Positions 57,627-64,000 of a stretch of 64,000 nt of DNA are shown in pieces (within the stretch, counting starts at the first letter, position 1; every line of letters starts with the position of its first letter). The position numbers and the translations under genes were made by a program. The stretch is from Bacteroidales bacterium (lineage in GTDB: Bacteria > Bacteroidota > Bacteroidia > Bacteroidales > GCA-2748055): the NCBI GenBank assembly GCA_021738565.1, contig JAIPBT010000002.1, positions 7,774-71,773 on the forward strand. The letters run 5' to 3'. The notes under the pieces are model-generated. The model was not told where the DNA came from. It ran no database searches and saw only the letters and a program-made list of their open reading frames with translations.

Positions 57627-58988
57627 ATGTACAAAACGGAAATCAGAGGCCCACTTATCCTGGGGAACAAAACCCTGGGCCAGATATCAGATGAGATCAC
57701 ATCCCCGATCTACCAGCGACCCAAAATGTGGTGGCTGATCGGTATGGGGATCAGTTCCGTAATGATGCTGCTGGGATTTTGGGCAATCTATGTTACAATC
57801 GCAACCGGGATCGGCAGTTGGGGTGTCAACAATACGGTTGGATGGGGCTGGGCGATCATCAATTTTGTTTGGTGGATCGGTATTGGTCATGCCGGAACAG
57901 CGTTTTCGATCTTCCTTCTGATCCTCAGGCAGGAATGGCGTTCATCTGTCAACAGGGCGGCAGAGGCCATGACCGTTGTAGCGGTAGGTTGTGCGGCAAT
58001 CTTCCCTGCTTTGCATATGGGGAGGATCTGGGATGCATTCTTTATCTTTCCCTATCCCAACACAAGGGGGCCGCTCTGGGTCAATTACAACTCACCGTTG
58101 TTCTGGGACTTCATTGCCATTTCAGCTTATTTGCTGATATCTGCCTCTTTCTGGTTCCTGGGGATGATCCCTGATTTTGCAACCATACGTGATACAACGA
58201 AATCAAAGGTCAAAAAAGCCGTATATGGTTTCTTTGCAATGGGCTGGAGGGGTTCTTCCGGTGAATGGAAAAGATACGAAGGCCTGGCATTCGTGCTTGG
58301 AGGTATTGCAGCTGTACTGGTAGTCTCAGTTCACTCCATCGTATCTACGGATTTCGCTGTTTCAATTGAACCGGGATGGCATACCACCCTGTTCCCACCC
58401 TATTTTGTAGTAGGAGCGATTTTTTCCGGCTTTGCAATGGTTATGACGCTGATGGTCATCATTAGGAAATTTTACAAGTTGAATGATTTCATTACAGACC
58501 GGCATCTTGATAACGTGGCAAAGATCCTTGTCTATATTTCCCTGATTATGGGAACAGCCTATCTTACAGAGGTATTTATAGCATGGTATTCAGCCAACGA
58601 GTATGAATTGTTTACCTTCTTCCGAAACAGGATCACGGGAGAATACACATTCCAGTTCTGGGCGATGTTTGTCTGTAATGCACTGATTCCCCAATTGATG
58701 TGGTTCAAAAAAATAAGGAGAAACATCAACATTGTTTTTGTCATATCCCTGTTTATCAACATCGGGATGTGGTATGAGCGTTTCAATATTGTAGTGACTT
58801 CACTGGCAAAAGATTACCTGCCTTCTGCCTGGGCAAGTTATACGCCGACATTTGTTGAGATATCTGTCTTCCTGGGGACGCTTGGTATATTTGCATTTGG
58901 TGTGCTTCTATTCTTCAAATACATACCGATGATTGCAATTCACGAAGTTAAAATGGTAAATAAGTTCAAAGTGAATAAAAAGAGATAG
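57627..58988 (+). CDS. actC: alternative complex III subunit ActC (NrfD/PsrC-like quinol-binding membrane subunit)
   Basis: 453 aa with ~10 TM helices. NrfD-like, and third gene of the cluster. Confidence 0.85.
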   Translation: MYKTEIRGPLILGNKTLGQISDEITSPIYQRPKMWWLIGMGISSVMMLLGFWAIYVTIATGIGSWGVNNTVGWGWAIINFVWWIGIGHAGTAFSIFLLILRQEWRSSVNRAAEAMTVVAVGCAAIFPALHMGRIWDAFFIFPYPNTRGPLWVNYNSPLFWDFIAISAYLLISASFWFLGMIPDFATIRDTTKSKVKKAVYGFFAMGWRGSSGEWKRYEGLAFVLGGIAAVLVVSVHSIVSTDFAVSIEPGWHTTLFPPYFVVGAIFSGFAMVMTLMVIIRKFYKLNDFITDRHLDNVAKILVYISLIMGTAYLTEVFIAWYSANEYELFTFFRNRITGEYTFQFWAMFVCNALIPQLMWFKKIRRNINIVFVISLFINIGMWYERFNIVVTSLAKDYLPSAWASYTPTFVEISVFLGTLGIFAFGVLLFFKYIPMIAIHEVKMVNKFKVNKKR

Positions 58989-58990
58989 TC

Positions 58991-59500
58991 ATGAAAAACG
59001 ACAAGCAACATATCATAGGTGTTTTCGATGGTGAAGAGACTCTTGTAAATGCATTCAGGGAACTTAAGAAAGAAAAGATCGAAATATCGGATGTATTCAC
59101 TCCATTTCCTATCCATGAAGTACTTGAGGGCCATGGCAGGAAATCTAACATCATCACTTTATCATGGTTTTTTGGATTGTTTGCGGCACTTGCAGTATTG
59201 TCCTTTTTGTATTATACAGCCGTGGTTGACTGGCCATTGAACTACGGGGGAAAACCCAGCAGTGCTTTTCCTTCATTCATAGTGATCACAATCGTACTGA
59301 CAATATTCTCGGTAACAATTCTCAGCCTCTTCACATTCTCTGTTCGCGCAAAATTATGGCCCAACATTGAAAAGCCAATTTATCATGACGGCGCTACAGA
59401 TGACAAATTTGTGATCCTCTTCGACAAGGATAAAGTGGATGAAGGAAAGCTTAAAAAATTATTAAAGGACCTCGGTGCTACCGAAATAATTGAAAAGTAA
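58991..59500 (+). CDS. actD: alternative complex III subunit ActD (DUF3341-type)
   Basis: 169 aa. Soluble N-terminal half followed by two TM helices. Position and architecture match ActD. Confidence 0.75.
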   Translation: MKNDKQHIIGVFDGEETLVNAFRELKKEKIEISDVFTPFPIHEVLEGHGRKSNIITLSWFFGLFAALAVLSFLYYTAVVDWPLNYGGKPSSAFPSFIVITIVLTIFSVTILSLFTFSVRAKLWPNIEKPIYHDGATDDKFVILFDKDKVDEGKLKKLLKDLGATEIIEK

Positions 59501-59501
59501 T

Positions 59502-60056
59502 ATGAAAATGAAATACGTTTTTACAATACTTGCTGTATTATTAATGGTCTCTTCATCCTGTGACAGGACCCGTTCAAGCACGGGATGGGATTATATGCCG
59601 GATATGTATTATTCCGATGCATATGAAACCTATACGCCCAATGAGAATTTTGAGGATGGATTGACAATGCGGACACCGGTGGCAGGGACGGTTCCCCGGG
59701 AGATGGTCCCGTTTGCCTATGAAAAGACAGATGGGGACAGGATACTTGCAGGAGAAGAACTGGTAAATCCTGTGCCCTTGACCCGGGAAAGCATTGCTTC
59801 CGGTAGCAAATTGTATGGTGTATTTTGTCTGACATGCCATGGTGAAGAGGGAGACGGACAGGGGTATCTTTACACCTCACAACGTTATCCCTTTCCACCT
59901 GCAAGTCTCGTGAATAAAAAGGTCCAGGCGCTTTCCGATGGTGAGATCTACCATACAATTACTGTCGGCTATGGTGTAATGGGCCCACATGGGGCCATGA
60001 TCCCGCAGCAAGACAGGTGGAAGATCATTAATTATATAAGGTCTGAATTACAATAA
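59502..60056 (+). CDS. actE: alternative complex III subunit ActE (monohaem cytochrome c lipoprotein)
   Basis: The ATG at 59502 is one nt after the actD stop (the ORF-track start at 59490 is TTG). Lipoprotein-like signal …LLMVSSSC. A single CLTCH motif. Confidence 0.8.
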   Translation: MKMKYVFTILAVLLMVSSSCDRTRSSTGWDYMPDMYYSDAYETYTPNENFEDGLTMRTPVAGTVPREMVPFAYEKTDGDRILAGEELVNPVPLTRESIASGSKLYGVFCLTCHGEEGDGQGYLYTSQRYPFPPASLVNKKVQALSDGEIYHTITVGYGVMGPHGAMIPQQDRWKIINYIRSELQ

Positions 60057-60076
60057 CTGCTGAAAAAACCAAAGAA

Positions 60077-61240
60077 ATGGAAGAGCGATTAAAATTATCA
60101 TCCCTGTTTTTTATTGGAACATTTGTACTGATTGCCATAGGCCTGGTGGCATTTATCACAGGTTTTATTGGTGATCCTGAACGTGCCTGGGCCAATTTCC
60201 TGCTGAACAATGTATATTTTGTCTCTCTTTCAGCCGGTGCAGTATTGTTTCTTTCGCTGCAAAGGGTGACCCAGTCGGGCTGGTCTGCAGGTTTTATAAG
60301 GGTCCCCGAAGCAATGGGAATGTACTTGCCTGTTGCAGCAGTGCTTTTTATTGTAATGATATTCGGTATTCAATCAATATACCACTGGTCGCATGCAGAT
60401 GCCGTTGCGCATGATCCGATACTTCAGCACAAACAGCCTTACCTGAATGTCCCTTTCTGGGTAGGAAGAATGGTCGTTTTCTTTGTTCTCTGGATCGTTC
60501 TTGCGCAAATGCTGAGGCACTATTCCCTGAGGGAAGATGAGGAGGGAGGACTAAGCATTTTCAGAAAGGCCGAACATATAGCAAAGGTATTCATCTTCGT
60601 GATCATTATCACTTTTTCAGTTGCAGGATTTGACTGGATAATGTCAATCGATCCCCATTGGTACAGTGCACTTTTTGCTTTAAAGAATTTTGTGTCGGCA
60701 TTTTACCATGCAGTTGCAATAATCACATTTATTGTGCTACTGTTGAACCAGTTCGGATATTTTCCTTTCCTGACAAAGAGCCATATGCATGATTTTTCAA
60801 GTTACATTTTCATGCTTTGTATCATATGGGGATATTTCTGGTTTGCTGAATTCATGCTGATCTGGTATGCCAACATACCGGAAGAAACTTCCTATTTTAT
60901 TTCCAGGATGCAAGCAGATGGATGGAGGATATTTTTCTTTGCCAATATTGTTATCAACTGGTTCATTCCTTTTGTAATTATGATGCCGGCTGCATCGCGA
61001 CGAAGTGAAATCACACTGAAGATCGTTATTCCCATTTTGCTGGTGGGTATGTTCATCGATTTATACGTCCAGATTTTCCCTGGTGTTGTTGGAAAACAGA
61101 TGCTTGGCTTCAATGAGATCGGTGGTTTTCTTGGCTTTGCAGGAATATTCATGCTTGTAGTGGGTTATTACCTTTCAAGGGCAAATCTTTATCCCAAAAA
61201 CCATCCATACATGGAAGAATGCCTGGAACATCATGTTTAG
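60077..61240 (+). CDS. actF: alternative complex III subunit ActF (ActC-related membrane subunit)
   Basis: 387 aa with ~10 TM helices. Sixth gene of the cluster. Confidence 0.75.
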   Translation: MEERLKLSSLFFIGTFVLIAIGLVAFITGFIGDPERAWANFLLNNVYFVSLSAGAVLFLSLQRVTQSGWSAGFIRVPEAMGMYLPVAAVLFIVMIFGIQSIYHWSHADAVAHDPILQHKQPYLNVPFWVGRMVVFFVLWIVLAQMLRHYSLREDEEGGLSIFRKAEHIAKVFIFVIIITFSVAGFDWIMSIDPHWYSALFALKNFVSAFYHAVAIITFIVLLLNQFGYFPFLTKSHMHDFSSYIFMLCIIWGYFWFAEFMLIWYANIPEETSYFISRMQADGWRIFFFANIVINWFIPFVIMMPAASRRSEITLKIVIPILLVGMFIDLYVQIFPGVVGKQMLGFNEIGGFLGFAGIFMLVVGYYLSRANLYPKNHPYMEECLEHHV

Positions 61241-61417
61241 TTGATTGTAAATATATAAATGACAATCCGATATTGTCGCCGTTAAACCCCCATGTTATTT
61301 GCATGCTCTTTTGTGAACAATAGTGGTTGAATTTTTTATTGTAATACTGTGACATGGTTATTAACTTTTGATGTGTTCTTATCCAGGAATGCCTTTGTAA
61401 GGAAAAATACTTCGAAT

Positions 61418-63037
61418 ATGACATTCAGACACCTGTTTGTATTTCTTTCAGTTGCCATCTTTACTGGCTCCTGTATAAATGATCGGCGGTCAGACCGGAG
61501 GGAGGAACCCGCTCAACCCAACATTCTCCTGGCCATCAGCGATGACCAATCCTACAATCACACGAGTTTTACGGGATGTGGGTTTGTTGGCACCCCGGCC
61601 TTTGATCGAATTGCATCCGAAGGAATCTATTTTACCAATTGCTATGCAGGTTCTCCAGGCTGTGCACCATCGAGAAGTGCCCTGGTAACAGGCAGGCACC
61701 ACTGGCAGAACGAACAGTCCGGACAACATGCTTCTTCGTGGATGAAGAAGTATGTTCCTTTTGTTGATATGCTAGATAGTGCCGGTTACTACACGGGTCG
61801 AACTGGAAAAGGAGTATCTCCATTTCGTTATGCCCGCAGTGAAGAAGATTCTTTAATGCGCTCCACAGATGCCGCAGGAATTGAACACAGCAGGATCACG
61901 TACAATGATGAAACTGAAGATGAGCGTTTCGCGGATCAGATCAGTTCTGTAAATTATTTCGAAAATTTTAAATATTTCATGGAGCAACAGGAAGAGGGAA
62001 AGCCTTTCTTTTTCTGGTATGGCAGTACCGAACCCCACCGGGCTTATGAACAGGATTCCTGGAAAAGGTTTGGAAAGGATCCTGCGGATGTTGAAGTTCC
62101 GGGATTTTTACCCGATCACGATGTAATAAGACGCGACCTGCTCGACTATGCAGTAGAAATAGAATGGTTTGACCTGCATTTGTCTCGGATGATCGCATAT
62201 CTTGAAGAGATCGGTGAACTGGAAAATACGATCATCATTGTTACTTCTGATAACGGCATGCCATTTCCCAGGGCAAAAGCCAATGGGTATGACCATGGGG
62301 TGCACGTTCCTCTTGCTGTTCTCTATCAGAAAGCATTTCCGGGGGAAAGGGTAGTGGATGACCTGGTGAGTTTTGCAGATTTTGCCCCCACGATCCTGGA
62401 ACTTTCAGGGGCGTCACCGTGTGGTATGCTTCCTATGCGTGGAAAAAGCTTCTTGCAGATCCTGAAGTCGAAAAAACAGGGAATAGTGGATAATTCTAAA
62501 AATTATGTATTTGCCGGAAGGGAGCGCCATTCTTCCTCAAGACACTTGAATTGGGGGTACCCGATGCGCATTATGCGTAGCAGGGATTACCTGTTTATCT
62601 GGAACATGAAACCTGATCGCTGGCCTGCAGGGGCACCGCAACGTATTGATCCTGAAAACCCGGGACTGCTTTTGCCCATGTATGGACTCGATGAAAATGG
62701 AAAGCACCATTCAGAATGGGCATTTACCGATGTAGATGCTGCTCCTTCAAAATCTTTCCTGGTAGAGTATATGGATGATCCTGGTATACGCCCATTCTTT
62801 GATCTATCCTATTTAAAACGACCGGAATTTGAAATGTATTACGTGCCGGAAGATCCGGGTTGCGTTAATAACCTGTATGGCGATCCTGCACACAGGGAAA
62901 TGCAGGTCGTTTTAAAGAAAAGACTCATCAAAGAACTTGCAGATTCAAAGGATCCCCGTATTGCCGGACCGGACAAGGAGATCTTTGATTCTTATGTCCG
63001 GTACAGCAGGATGCGGGCGTTCCCGAAGCCTGATTAA
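61418..63037 (+). CDS. sulfatase (formylglycine-dependent arylsulfatase family) lipoprotein
   Basis: Start moved to the ATG at 61418 (MTFRHLFVFLSVAIFTGSC). FGly motif CAPSRSALVTGR, N-terminal metal ligands …LLAISDDQSYNH…, and …TSDNGMPFPRAKAN…. Confidence 0.85.
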   Translation: MTFRHLFVFLSVAIFTGSCINDRRSDRREEPAQPNILLAISDDQSYNHTSFTGCGFVGTPAFDRIASEGIYFTNCYAGSPGCAPSRSALVTGRHHWQNEQSGQHASSWMKKYVPFVDMLDSAGYYTGRTGKGVSPFRYARSEEDSLMRSTDAAGIEHSRITYNDETEDERFADQISSVNYFENFKYFMEQQEEGKPFFFWYGSTEPHRAYEQDSWKRFGKDPADVEVPGFLPDHDVIRRDLLDYAVEIEWFDLHLSRMIAYLEEIGELENTIIIVTSDNGMPFPRAKANGYDHGVHVPLAVLYQKAFPGERVVDDLVSFADFAPTILELSGASPCGMLPMRGKSFLQILKSKKQGIVDNSKNYVFAGRERHSSSRHLNWGYPMRIMRSRDYLFIWNMKPDRWPAGAPQRIDPENPGLLLPMYGLDENGKHHSEWAFTDVDAAPSKSFLVEYMDDPGIRPFFDLSYLKRPEFEMYYVPEDPGCVNNLYGDPAHREMQVVLKKRLIKELADSKDPRIAGPDKEIFDSYVRYSRMRAFPKPD

Positions 63038-63351
63038 TTGGCTACAGTATAACCTGCATCGGCGATCTTGAGTTCAATCTCTTCCCTTGTCACTTTTGAT
63101 TTATCATAGGAAACGACGGCCAAAGAATCTACATGTGATGCACTTACCTCATCTATTCCTGCGAGCGTTCCAATGCTTTTCTTTACAGCATTTTCACAGC
63201 CTTCACAGGTCATTCCGTGTACGGGGATCGTGACTTCCACCAGTTGTTCCATATTGATCTCCTGGGTAGATTCTTCTGTTTTCTTGTTTTCAGGAGAATT
63301 GCATCCGAATGCCAACATGGCCAGGATAGCGATCAATCCAATGTTTTTCAT
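63034..63351 (-). CDS. heavy-metal-associated (HMA) domain lipoprotein, putative copper chaperone
   Basis: 105 aa. Lipobox …MLAFGC. HMA fold with the GMTCEGC motif. Has a 4-nt convergent overlap with the sulfatase gene. Confidence 0.8.
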   Translation of the reverse strand: MKNIGLIAILAMLAFGCNSPENKKTEESTQEINMEQLVEVTIPVHGMTCEGCENAVKKSIGTLAGIDEVSASHVDSLAVVSYDKSKVTREEIELKIADAGYTVAN

Positions 63352-63477
63352 ATCGTATTTTTTTTTGTTAGTTAATAACCAACAAATACAATAACAAATG
63401 AAAAATAAAATAGTTTCGTACTGTCGGGGTTTGTTTTAATTAGAATCAGTTCAATGTTGGATTCATTTTGGTTAATA

Positions 63478-64000
63478 TTACATATAAAGGTAACCTTCCA
63501 GGAACTTATCTACAATAAGGATGAGTATGATGAACAGGTAAAAGAGATTTTCAGTGACAAAAGCCTGTTTCCATTTCACCATGATCTCTCCCCTGAAAGA
63601 CAATAAATACATCCTAAATAGAAAAAACAAAGCTCCGGCGATCATTACAAATGATACCACACTGCTGTGCATTATCCCTGATACAGGAAATATGGTAACT
63701 GCGATGGCTGCAGCAAAGATCCAGATAAAACTGATGTTTCTGAGCTGAGTTTTTGAGAAAAGATCCGTGATCACCGGAAGTCCTGCTTGCTTGAACTGAT
63801 CACTTACTTTCATAAGCAGAAGCCAGTAATGGGGCATTTGTCCGATAAAAAGGAAAAGACTGATTAAAATAATCTCGTAATCTGTAATGCTGCCTCCTGC
63901 CGCAGTCCATCCAATCAAAGGTGGCAGGGCACCGATCACAGCGCCGGGAAAGACGGCAAATGGGGTGATCTTCTTAAGGGGAGTATAGACAAGGTTATAC
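63478..64000 (-). CDS. cyoE: protoheme IX farnesyltransferase (heme O synthase), 5'-truncated by the window edge
   Basis: Only about 173 C-terminal codons are present. The frame stays open upstream of the track's GTG to position 64000 (…YTPLKKITPFAVFPGAVIGALPPLIGWTAAGG…). This is the UbiA-family CyoE/CtaB signature. Confidence 0.85.
   Translation of the reverse strand, partial: YNLVYTPLKKITPFAVFPGAVIGALPPLIGWTAAGGSITDYEIILISLFLFIGQMPHYWLLLMKVSDQFKQAGLPVITDLFSKTQLRNISFIWIFAAAIAVTIFPVSGIMHSSVVSFVMIAGALFFLFRMYLLSFRGEIMVKWKQAFVTENLFYLFIILILIVDKFLEGYLYM

Overview
This 64-kb segment is densely coding and looks like a Bacteroidota chromosome. The evidence is T9SS type-B C-terminal sorting domains, a PorP/SprF gene, DUF1573, PG0541-like and DUF4783 proteins, a complete alternative complex III operon, A/T-rich gene starts, and roughly 40% G+C by eye. 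I support about 50 CDSs and one tRNA-His. I saw no rRNA, CRISPR array, transposase, integrase or recognisable defence genes.

Content from left to right:
- Two unknown envelope proteins, an aminotransferase, and a TetR-controlled RND efflux operon with a small P-II-like accessory gene.
- Housekeeping genes valS, pdxH, nadC and rlmH.
- A very large orphan sensor kinase.
- A T9SS module: a 1480-aa glycine-rich adhesin with a type-B CTD, then PorP/SprF, then a PD40/PKD protein.
- An unknown secreted protein plus a beta-propeller/Y_Y_Y sensor fused to a SpoIIE phosphatase.
- der, era, a pseudouridine synthase and glmM.
- A MacA/MacB-permease/TolC operon with no ATPase gene.
- A GlmU-like gene, rpmE2, and a GNAT-like/class-V PLP enzyme pair.
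- A BI-1-like protein, a Wzx-like flippase, tRNA-His, a DUF2147 protein, and folA-thyA.
- A small T9SS cargo, a BASS transporter, and actABCDEF.
- A sulfatase, an HMA lipoprotein, and a 5'-truncated cyoE at the right edge.

Two signals are not explained by ordinary annotation:
1. A dispersed repeat family has at least five terminal-repeat copies. It includes one complete ~300-bp MITE-like element and a perfect 33-bp inverted pair bracketing rpmE2 and the glmU-like gene. A palindromic tip (GCACTAATTAGTGC) supplies stop codons at two convergent gene junctions.
2. A 643-bp ORF-free gap between DUF2147 and folA contains a 36-nt A/T-only perfect hairpin. This abuts a ~300-nt G+C-rich block with alternative pairings and a terminator-like hairpin, which I could not assign to any RNA family from memory.

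I cannot show that either is a new biological system. Both need genome-wide and comparative checks.
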